A stretch of 64,000 bases of DNA from a virus, in IMG/VR virus record IMGVR_UViG_3300042197_004429, positions 1 through 64,000 of that record, one strand, 5' to 3'. Positions 56,593-64,000 of this stretch are shown here, piece by piece (positions within the stretch are counted from its first letter, which is position 1; each line of letters begins with the position of its first letter). The position numbers were made by a program, and so were the translations under genes. Under the pieces are notes generated by a model. That model ran no database searches. It saw only the letters and a program-made list of their open reading frames with translations, and was not told the DNA's origin.

Positions 56593-56808
56593 ATGCAAAA
56601 AGGCTGGACCTACAGAGTCGTTAAAAAAGGTGAACAATACGGTTTTTGGCTAGTTTTTGTTGACGAAAACGGCGATATTGTAAAAATAGACGAAAAACCT
56701 GAATCTGTCTATGCTTCAAGCATGGAAGGTTTAGAAGAAAAGTTTGACCTTATCAAAGATGCTTGGGAAAATCCCGTGATTGATTACAATACCGGAGAAG
56801 AGTTGTGA
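56593..56808 (+). CDS. hypothetical protein
   Basis: W.YRVVK...DA...PVID. Confidence 0.6.
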   Translation: MQKGWTYRVVKKGEQYGFWLVFVDENGDIVKIDEKPESVYASSMEGLEEKFDLIKDAWENPVIDYNTGEEL

Positions 56809-57104
56809 AAACTGTTGAATATTGCATTTGCGATGGTTGCAACAAACCAATAACTGATGAATTTGATGGATTAATTATACATGGTGGAATATACACCGCA
56901 GATCCTAAAGAAATGGGCGGACTAGTCGGGAATTATTTTGAGCCAGATACAAATGGAATGGTTGAATATAACAAAATTGCTAAAACAGTTTTGTGCATGA
57001 GTTGTTTTGATAAAACAATTTCAAAAGATAGATTTGTTTCTACTAATTACGCAGCGGATACTTTGCGAAAACTTGATGAATGGGAGCGTTGGGAAAGTCA
57101 ATGA
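56805..57104 (+). CDS. hypothetical zinc-binding protein
   Basis: CDGC...LC.SC. Confidence 0.6.
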   Translation: MKTVEYCICDGCNKPITDEFDGLIIHGGIYTADPKEMGGLVGNYFEPDTNGMVEYNKIAKTVLCMSCFDKTISKDRFVSTNYAADTLRKLDEWERWESQ

Positions 57105-57340
57105 AACAAGAAGTTTTTGAAAAATGGATAAACGAGATTGATTGGGCCCATGGAGCCGGTCTCTCATCTAGATTAGAGAGACGCAAGGAAACCGTTTTGG
57201 GAAAAATTAAAAAAGCAAAAACAGACGAGGAAATTCTAGAAATATGTTGTGGAATTTTTCGTTGTGGATACGAAAAACATTTTCAAGACAAATTAAGGAA
57301 AATCAAAAATGGATCAAATTCGCAAATTACCAGCGGTTGA
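57101..57340 (+). CDS. hypothetical protein
   Basis: ATGA-coupled start at 57101. Confidence 0.55.
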   Translation: MKQEVFEKWINEIDWAHGAGLSSRLERRKETVLGKIKKAKTDEEILEICCGIFRCGYEKHFQDKLRKIKNGSNSQITSG

Positions 57341-57791
57341 AGGTGGTCGAGTCGAAACCGGACCTGTTCAATTTGGAGATGATTGGCCGGGAATTTTTAT
57401 AAGGGGAGACAATGCGTTTGGTTACGCCATGGAATTGCAGAATGCTATGGCACAGATGCCAGAGTGCCTAGAAAAGATGCAAGTGAAGTGGCTTTGTGAA
57501 CTTCTGGCCGGGGCAGTTTTCAAACCCATCAAGCCACCAGAAAAGATCAAGGTTCCTACAATCGATGGCGAGGCCGAAGTGGAAGCCATGAGATTCACCG
57601 AAGAAAACAAGGATCAGGTCTACAACTGGGCGAGGTCAATTCAAAAGAATGTCTACCACGATTTCTCCGAAGACAACAAGCCCATATTGAGGATAACAAC
57701 AATTTTTGACGGGGAGATTATCTGCCGTCTTGGTGATTACTTGGTCAAAACAGACGATGAGCATACGTTAAATGTGGTGAAGGTAAATTGA
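57309..57791 (+). CDS. two-module hypothetical protein
   Basis: RVETGPVQFGDDWPG.FIRGDNA plus EAMRFT...C..GDYLVK. Confidence 0.65.
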   Translation: MDQIRKLPAVEGGRVETGPVQFGDDWPGIFIRGDNAFGYAMELQNAMAQMPECLEKMQVKWLCELLAGAVFKPIKPPEKIKVPTIDGEAEVEAMRFTEENKDQVYNWARSIQKNVYHDFSEDNKPILRITTIFDGEIICRLGDYLVKTDDEHTLNVVKVN

Positions 57792-58420
57792 ACATGAGTA
57801 AAGAAACAATTAGAGTATCTTTTACTTTTGATGCCGAAGGCGAACTTGATGAAGAACTTGAATTTCTTCATGCAAAAGCAAAGCATTCAAGAATTAAAAA
57901 ATTGGTTGAGGATCACATAAGAGAAAAAATAAAAGATCCTATGAATAACCCAGACTTTTTAAAGGATATGAAAGTCAATTTTTCTATTCCTAATTCAAGA
58001 ACAAGAGAGCAAATTATAACCAGTATGTGTTTTACTTATCGCCATGATTATGGGATTGTGAAAAATTCTCCTAGCATTAGCGGAATGACTGAGGAGGAAA
58101 GAAAATCCTTGTGGAAGCGAATGGCTCAAATATTTGATAGTGACATTGCTCCATATGTTGATTTGAAATGTTTTGGAGAACAACCTGCACAAGAAGAAGT
58201 TAATATCAAAGAAGAATTGTCTCGCTTAGATCGCAACAACTGGGATGATGTTTGTAAACTTGTGGATAAAATAGTATATGATATAATGCAAACATCAAAA
58301 ATGGCACCTTATTCATATATTGGCGATCAGGATGCTCTTGAAGGATTGATAAAAGACTATATGATAGACTTAATCAATCCAGATCTCTTAGATTTTGATT
58401 CAAAAAATAAAATTAATTAA
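57788..58420 (+). CDS. hypothetical protein sharing a module with 48663-49283
   Basis: TREQII.SMCFTYRHDY. Confidence 0.65.
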   Translation: MNMSKETIRVSFTFDAEGELDEELEFLHAKAKHSRIKKLVEDHIREKIKDPMNNPDFLKDMKVNFSIPNSRTREQIITSMCFTYRHDYGIVKNSPSISGMTEEERKSLWKRMAQIFDSDIAPYVDLKCFGEQPAQEEVNIKEELSRLDRNNWDDVCKLVDKIVYDIMQTSKMAPYSYIGDQDALEGLIKDYMIDLINPDLLDFDSKNKIN

Positions 58421-58428
58421 GGTTATTA

Positions 58429-58656
58429 ATGGAATCTCTTGCTTTGTTGGCAGCACTGATAATAATTTCTTTTTGGACTGTTGCGGGATTGTCTTTACTT
58501 TTTGCTTTTTTTAGACTAAGAATATTAAGTTTGATATTTGGTTGTCTTTCTCTCGCTGCGGGAGTTTGGTTAATTTTTATTTTGCCTCACGCTCCGCTTT
58601 TGGGTATAATTAATATTGCTTGTGGGTTGATAGGATTGCGAACTAAGAACAAATAA
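58429..58656 (+). CDS. small membrane protein
   Basis: Almost entirely hydrophobic. Confidence 0.65.
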   Translation: MESLALLAALIIISFWTVAGLSLLFAFFRLRILSLIFGCLSLAAGVWLIFILPHAPLLGIINIACGLIGLRTKNK

Positions 58657-58660
58657 CAAA

Positions 58661-59422
58661 ATGATAACCGACTACCACGTTGAAGTTGAAAAAGTTCCCA
58701 GTAAGCCGGGTTGCTGGGACGTTTTGAATGTTAAAATACTCAAGAGTAACCAACAAATAGGTGAATACCAAAGAAACTATCCAAGTTTATACAAAACTTT
58801 CTATCCTTTTGAACAAGATGGAAAAGAATATGCCTTATATTCTAAGGATTATACAGGTACTCGGGTGATGACTTTGCCCGATTGTGTAGACATTTGCGGT
58901 GAAGAGCGTGATGCTTATGGTTTTTGCCCAACTGAGTATTATGTTCCCCCTCAATTTAAAGGAAAATATGGATTTGTGGCTGGTTGTGTGTGGGGTGACG
59001 ATAGTGGTGGTGATAAACTTCAATTTCTTGATCTTGGCCAAATAACCAAAGGAATACTTAAGCGTGAAGACAAGTTTGGATATGTCGAATTAACAGAGGC
59101 TAATTTAAAAGATTGCATTGAAATTTATGATTATGATGATGAAGAAAAAGAACCAACTTGGATTGCTATAAAAGAATTTAAAAGATGCGCTCTACAAGAT
59201 ACAAAAGAAAACATATCCTGGAACCGTCTGCTTGAAGAATTGCCAATTGGTGAAGGGATGCTTAAATTGATGAAGCATCTTGAAAAGTATTGTAAAAAAT
59301 GCGGACTTTACTTAAAAAAGAGAACTTATTTTACTCAAAAAGTTAATGAAGATGGCTCAAAAGAAATGATTGAAAAAGAATTTGAAAATGACGAACTTGC
59401 TTGTAGGTGCAATAATGAATAA
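58661..59422 (+). CDS. hypothetical protein
   Basis: Y.RNY...TF.PF, FCPT.YYVP, GFVAGC.WGDDS. Confidence 0.7.
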   Translation: MITDYHVEVEKVPSKPGCWDVLNVKILKSNQQIGEYQRNYPSLYKTFYPFEQDGKEYALYSKDYTGTRVMTLPDCVDICGEERDAYGFCPTEYYVPPQFKGKYGFVAGCVWGDDSGGDKLQFLDLGQITKGILKREDKFGYVELTEANLKDCIEIYDYDDEEKEPTWIAIKEFKRCALQDTKENISWNRLLEELPIGEGMLKLMKHLEKYCKKCGLYLKKRTYFTQKVNEDGSKEMIEKEFENDELACRCNNE

Positions 59423-59669
59423 TGAATTAATTGAATTGACAAAAGAAATTATAGATTCGGCCAACCGTTATTATGAAGTTGAGAATCCAGACCGAGAAAC
59501 ACCAGTGATACTAGAAAATATAGTTCTTAACGCCTCCAGAATGCTCAAAATATTAACAAACAAAAAACACGGATGCGAAAACTGCACCTGTCCCACTCTA
59601 GATGGCTACAAAATAACAGGATCAAGTTGTCCAGTTCATGGGCTTCCGATATGTGATTCTTCTTTTTAG
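59415..59669 (+). CDS. hypothetical protein
   Basis: C-terminal CTCP...CPVHG. Confidence 0.6.
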   Translation: MNNELIELTKEIIDSANRYYEVENPDRETPVILENIVLNASRMLKILTNKKHGCENCTCPTLDGYKITGSSCPVHGLPICDSSF

Positions 59670-59697
59670 TTGATAAACTTTCTTTAGATTGTAGAAT
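59670..59697 (+). promoter_or_regulatory. sigma70-like promoter upstream of the HNH-helicase
   Basis: TTGATA-N16-TAGAAT. Confidence 0.4.
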
Positions 59698-59762
59698 AAT
59701 GATAGACTGCAATTTTATCTCCACCACTAGAAAACCCAGTCTTCTTTAGGGGTAAATAAAAT

Positions 59763-61916
59763 ATGAATTATAGAAGATTAAGAAGAACAAAAGATAGAGC
59801 AAGACTTTATTTGGATTTTGATGGTAAATGTGCTGAGTGTGGAGTTGATCTTCAAAAATGGCATGCCGACCATAAAATACCATTTAAGTTGACACGATGT
59901 ACAGAGTATGTTAATATGCAACCATTATGTCCTCCTTGTAATCTTAAGAAAGGCTCGAAAGTGTTAAGTCTTAAAAATAGAAGTTATTATGAATCATTAA
60001 ATCTTGGTTTGCATGTCGATATTGTTCCTTTCCGCATTGGGCAGAGAGGTGCATTTAATTGCATTGTCGAAAAGGTTATGGATAACTCTCAAACCATAAG
60101 CATTGTTCTTCCTACTCGTTATGGAAAGAGTGATGTGATGAGAGCAACAGCAATTGAGCTAATCGAAAGAGGAATCGCAGATTCTGCAATTCTTGCGGCT
60201 CCATGTCGATTTTTGCGGGATCAATTGTGTCGTAAGAAAAAAATTGACGAAATGGTTAATCGGTATACAATTGTAACAAGAAGTCGTCCCATTGCTTATG
60301 ACATAATGGAAAACTTTAGGCTGCCAATCTTTCAGAACGAAGAATATTTTGTTGCTCTCTGCACTCAAATGTTGGCGAATAAAGCAGATGAGATTTGTGG
60401 TTATATTCGATTACGAGTAAAAAAATCTGGGAAACCAGTTTTAGTTTATATTGATGAATCCCACACTTCTTCAGAAAAAAATGTATGGGGTGCTGTGGTG
60501 CCAAAAATTGTCGAAGCTGGTGGCATTGTCACTCTTTCCACAGCGACTCCGTATCGTGATAATGGACAAAAAATTCCCGGCTTCAAATGTGTTGTCGAAC
60601 CAAAACGTGAGCGATTACGTTATGTTCCAAGACAACATGAGGATCCAAGTAAATATTATCTTGATATTTACAAGGATTTAGAAGGAGAAATTAAATTGGA
60701 AGCCGATTATGAATATACATTTAAATCAGCTTGGGCAGAGGGAGATGTTCTTTGTAAAGTTGGTCTTCGTGAGTTTGATGTCATAGTGAAGATTCCTGAT
60801 GGAAATTCTAGTGATCCAGACAAAATGAAGGAATTAAAAATTTCTGAAATGACTCCAACTGAATGTAGTAAATATTTTAGCCGTGTGACTAGGGACACTA
60901 AAGTAATCAAACAAGGAGTCTTTGAACTTGTAAAAAGATTGAGAGAGTATCGGCTGTACGAGCCTCAGACGCAGGCAATCATTTTCTGTGGGAATGATAT
61001 TGACGAAGAAGATGATGGACACGCTAAGCAGATTGCCGCTGAAATAGGTTTTCAAGATACCTCTTTCAAGGTTATTATTGCTACATCTAAGCAAGATTCG
61101 GCTGATGAATTAATTAAGGATTTTGGGGACGGGAAAGGCGATATCCTGATTGTTAAACAGATGGCAAGTTTAGGGATGGATATTCCTCCAATTAAGATTG
61201 GTCTTGATCTATCCTCCGTCCGTACACTTGCTGCTTTTGTGCAAAGAATGATGAGAACTGCCACTATGTGGGGTAAAAATCAGACTGCTCATTTGATAAT
61301 GCCCTCTGATGTCAATGGGCAAGCATTATGGAAGGGATTTATTGAAGAAAATGGTGGAGCAATGACAAGTCATGAAACGACTAAACTTGACACCATAGAA
61401 AAGGATAAGCAAGATCGAGATCCAAGCAAGAAAACATTTGAAGTAGTAAGAACAGAAGATGCGATATTATCCGATTCATGTGGAGATGGAACATCTAGTA
61501 GCTCTGAGTATGATGACTTTGCCCTACCATTGATTCTTGCACTTCCGAAAATTCAAGCGGTTTATAGCGACCATGAACTGGTTAGTTATGGTAAAAAAAT
61601 TGGAAAAGATGCTCTTGGTCGTCTAACTCCTATCGCTAAGGTTCCTACACGAGATATTACCGAGCAGAGAATTCTACTGAAAAACAGGATAGAGAATCTT
61701 CGTAAAGAAATAGCATCTCAAAAATTTCACTATCGTAGCGACACAGAAAGTTGGAGAGCAGAGATGAGGAGTTGTCTTAATAAGGCTAAAAGAAAGTTTG
61801 GAATTGCATTGCAAACAAAGTTAGATAAAATTACCAAAATCGAAACGCTAAACCAAATTGTTGGATTTCTTGAGGAAGAAAAGAATAATGCAACAAAAGT
61901 AGTTGTGCAGGAGTAG
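59763..61916 (+). CDS. HNH endonuclease fused to an SF2 (ResIII-like) helicase/ATPase
   Basis: CAECG...WHADH.IP...QPLCPPCNLKK; PTRYGKS, YIDESH, SAT-like STAT, VKQMASLGMDIP, QRMMR. Confidence 0.8.
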   Translation: MNYRRLRRTKDRARLYLDFDGKCAECGVDLQKWHADHKIPFKLTRCTEYVNMQPLCPPCNLKKGSKVLSLKNRSYYESLNLGLHVDIVPFRIGQRGAFNCIVEKVMDNSQTISIVLPTRYGKSDVMRATAIELIERGIADSAILAAPCRFLRDQLCRKKKIDEMVNRYTIVTRSRPIAYDIMENFRLPIFQNEEYFVALCTQMLANKADEICGYIRLRVKKSGKPVLVYIDESHTSSEKNVWGAVVPKIVEAGGIVTLSTATPYRDNGQKIPGFKCVVEPKRERLRYVPRQHEDPSKYYLDIYKDLEGEIKLEADYEYTFKSAWAEGDVLCKVGLREFDVIVKIPDGNSSDPDKMKELKISEMTPTECSKYFSRVTRDTKVIKQGVFELVKRLREYRLYEPQTQAIIFCGNDIDEEDDGHAKQIAAEIGFQDTSFKVIIATSKQDSADELIKDFGDGKGDILIVKQMASLGMDIPPIKIGLDLSSVRTLAAFVQRMMRTATMWGKNQTAHLIMPSDVNGQALWKGFIEENGGAMTSHETTKLDTIEKDKQDRDPSKKTFEVVRTEDAILSDSCGDGTSSSSEYDDFALPLILALPKIQAVYSDHELVSYGKKIGKDALGRLTPIAKVPTRDITEQRILLKNRIENLRKEIASQKFHYRSDTESWRAEMRSCLNKAKRKFGIALQTKLDKITKIETLNQIVGFLEEEKNNATKVVVQE

Positions 61917-61917
61917 T

Positions 61918-62286
61918 TTGTTAGTTCAACGAGTTTATAAGACTGAAATCAGTCCAAATAACAAGCAGCGGACTCTCTTGATGAAAAATGCAGGAACGGC
62001 CCGCTTTGCTTACAATTGGACATTGAACCTCAAGAAAACTGCATTCGATAACAAAATCAAAATCCCTAATGCAATCGAGCTATTGACAGGAATTTAAATG
62101 CCTCTTACAATCTTGAGTCGTATAAAAACCATCAGTTTGACGGGAATAAACGCTCACGGAGAAGTAAGATCTGGTCTTGCGAGTAGCAAGATTAAATTGA
62201 CTTCGTAGAAATGAGAATAAAATATGAGATTATCAAATGGTAGCGATTTTGTCTCTACCTAGATTTCCATATATTTTTAGGAACGG
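61918..62286 (+). mobile_element. tnpB: miniature IS607-like element: internally deleted tnpB plus probable omegaRNA/right end
   Basis: YKTEISPN.KQ..LL...AG.ARFAYNW N-terminus joined out of frame to IDRNLNAS.NL; 3' region CGCTCACGGAGA...ACTTCGTAGAAATGAGA ending GGAACGG. Confidence 0.7.
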
Positions 62287-62309
62287 TTGGGTAACCCACA
62301 GGTTTTAAA

Positions 62310-62810
62310 ATGGAACGTAGATCAAAAGATGTTTTGGGAATGGTCAACTTTCCCATTGATTCTCAAGAATACTCAAGCACCAATGAAGGCGGAATGTTTG
62401 TTCAACTTTGGTGTTTTGAAGATGATAAGTTCTCTGATGAATCTGTTTATTATGGTTCCACATACAGCACGATGAGCGAAAGCCTCATTGGCACAGATAC
62501 AGAAGTGAACACAGATAATTTTCATGAAATTGAACAAGGCAAAAATTTTATGGATTGGGTACAAAGTTTTGCTCTTGAGGAACAATTGTTTCCTAATATT
62601 AAAAAAGAAGTTGACCATCAATATTTGTCAAAAGAACTCATTGCTTGTGTTACTTTAGGCTGCACAGGTTGGAGCGGCGCTAATAAAGACCATGATTATT
62701 GGCGATGTAAATACGAAGACCTTAATGAGGGTGGTAAATCAATTTATAATTCACTAAAATCAGCTTATCCCAAAGCGAAACTTGTTTTGGTGACTTGGCT
62801 TGACACTTAA
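62310..62810 (+). CDS. hypothetical protein
   Basis: 166-aa ORF. Confidence 0.65.
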   Translation: MERRSKDVLGMVNFPIDSQEYSSTNEGGMFVQLWCFEDDKFSDESVYYGSTYSTMSESLIGTDTEVNTDNFHEIEQGKNFMDWVQSFALEEQLFPNIKKEVDHQYLSKELIACVTLGCTGWSGANKDHDYWRCKYEDLNEGGKSIYNSLKSAYPKAKLVLVTWLDT

Positions 62811-62824
62811 ATCAGGAGATTTTT

Positions 62825-63517
62825 ATGGGAATGTTTGATTATGTAAAAGTAGAAGATCAAATTGATTTACCAAAACCCGAGTGTTTTGAATCTTTTGATA
62901 AAAATATTAAAGATTTTGAATTTCAAACTAAATCTTTAGAAAATTGTATGAATACTTATTTCTTGTCAAATGACAAACATCTTTACAAAGATGATTTTTA
63001 TGATGAGCAAGATGTTCGAAAACAAAGAAGACAATTAATAGATTTTCACGGAATAATTAAATTTGGAGCGTACCACCCAACAGACTTGGTTGACTATTCA
63101 GTCGAGTATGAAGCAAAATTTACAAATGGAATCTTAGAAGATATCAAACTGGTAGATTGTAAAGTTTATAATCATGAGTCTAGAAAATTAAAAAATGACG
63201 AAATCAAACAACAGCAGGATAGAAAAAGACAAAAATTTTCTTATAAATTAAGAAACTTAATTAGAAAATCTTTGTCTTTTTTTGGAATTCAAAACAATCT
63301 TGTTTTTACAACTCCAGAAGTTGTTTTCTTTGTTAATTCCGACACACCAGAACTAGTAAATTTTAAAAGAACCAAATATGGTTTATATATCGACAACATC
63401 GGAACGGGATTTTACTTTAGGAAAACAGACTATCTTTTTGAAGTTTGTTTTAAAATTTTAGGATTTGGTTTCAAATATAATTGGTACAAACCTGTTAGTT
63501 TTGAGGAATCAAAATGA
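62825..63517 (+). CDS. phage hypothetical protein
   Basis: MGMFDYV...FQTKSLEN.M..Y, EY.AKFT.G.L; AGGAG SD. Confidence 0.7.
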   Translation: MGMFDYVKVEDQIDLPKPECFESFDKNIKDFEFQTKSLENCMNTYFLSNDKHLYKDDFYDEQDVRKQRRQLIDFHGIIKFGAYHPTDLVDYSVEYEAKFTNGILEDIKLVDCKVYNHESRKLKNDEIKQQQDRKRQKFSYKLRNLIRKSLSFFGIQNNLVFTTPEVVFFVNSDTPELVNFKRTKYGLYIDNIGTGFYFRKTDYLFEVCFKILGFGFKYNWYKPVSFEESK

Positions 63518-63774
63518 AAGATTTTTTTCTAATACTATCTTATTATTTGGTTATTTTGTTATGTCTGGCTATCCTTGTTTACCCATTTGTTCTTGTGGCT
63601 ATGGCTGATCGCAAAAACCCAGCAGATTATCAAGAAGTTACGAGTAATTATCATTTGCCTCCAGAACTCAAAGGATGTAAAATTTTTGTGTTAGGTGGGC
63701 AATGGTCGGCCACAAATCCCTTGTGGGTTATCGTTCCTCCTCAAGGATTAGAACGACCTTTGATCATTGATTGA
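63514..63774 (+). CDS. membrane-anchored hypothetical protein
   Basis: N-terminal TM helix. Confidence 0.6.
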   Translation: MKDFFLILSYYLVILLCLAILVYPFVLVAMADRKNPADYQEVTSNYHLPPELKGCKIFVLGGQWSATNPLWVIVPPQGLERPLIID

Positions 63775-63789
63775 AGAAAGCTAATTTTG

Positions 63790-64000
63790 ATGAAGATACT
63801 CGCTGAAATCATAGCCGGAAGTCACCTGTATGGATTATCCACACCAGAATCGGATGTGGATAAGCGTGGTGTTTTTCTAAACACAGAGCCTGGAAAAATT
63901 TTAGGCTTAAATAGATTTGAAGTCTTAAAAAAATCAAACGAAGACACTGTTTATTTTGAGTTAGTTCATTATCTTCATGGTTTAAAAAAAACTAATACTC
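63790..64000 (+). CDS. DNA-pol-beta-superfamily nucleotidyltransferase (NrdC.11/RlaP-like), 5' part only
   Basis: Read manually: MKILAEIIAGSHLYGLSTPESDVDKRGVF (GS...DxD); runs off the window. Confidence 0.85.
   Translation, partial: MKILAEIIAGSHLYGLSTPESDVDKRGVFLNTEPGKILGLNRFEVLKKSNEDTVYFELVHYLHGLKKTNT

Noticed and set aside
1444-62621. Numerous 60-150 aa antisense or alternate-frame ORFs in the track (e.g. 19298+, 22768-, 30137+, 56135-)
   Set aside because: They are shadows of longer, motif-bearing genes, with no SD or recognisable motifs
1-64000. Cellular chromosome (because of infC, dnaJ, sigma and tRNAs)
   Set aside because: These genes are isolated from their usual operons (no thrS/rpmI/rplT, no dnaK/grpE) and embedded among phage-type structural and small hypothetical genes
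1-64000. Alternative genetic code (stop-codon reassignment)
   Set aside because: Recognisable genes are full length in code 11, and TAA, TAG and TGA all end coupled genes; no suppressor tRNA was seen

Overview
AT-rich, gene-dense 64 kb segment that reads as part of a large (jumbo/huge) tailed-phage genome, probably T4-like in lifestyle. The host is inferred to be a planctomycete from the style of the sigma factor and secreted proteins; this was recognised from memory, not searched. No cellular housekeeping operons are present. The window contains phage markers (PhoH, dCMP deaminase, large Gly-rich virion-type proteins, many small proteins with capsid-targeting-like N-termini) and host-like information-processing genes (IF3, DnaJ, sigma-70, Pth2, tRNA-Pro/Gly/Cys). 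It also carries a large glycan-modification toolkit (about seven glycosyltransferases, Fcl, RmlC, an epimerase, a deacetylase, a fucosyltransferase-like and a sulfotransferase-like gene) and a 47.5-64 kb run of small co-oriented hypothetical genes. Two systems stand out. (1) A tightly coupled four-gene ubiquitin-like conjugation operon, E2-JAB-E1-Ubl (24942-27859), with all catalytic motifs apparently intact. (2) A Ro60/TROVE gene followed by its own promoter, a tRNA-like RNA with a 24-nt anticodon-loop replacement and two homologous hairpin RNAs with covarying stems (Y-RNA candidates; 21866-23740). Also notable are a putative virion-packaged phosphothreonine-lyase-like/FHA fusion, two structurally atypical tRNAs, an internally deleted IS607-type tnpB retaining a probable omegaRNA, a ~180-bp duplication bracketing an inserted gene, and a poly-T frameshifted gene. 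All family assignments come from motif recognition by eye; no database searches were run.
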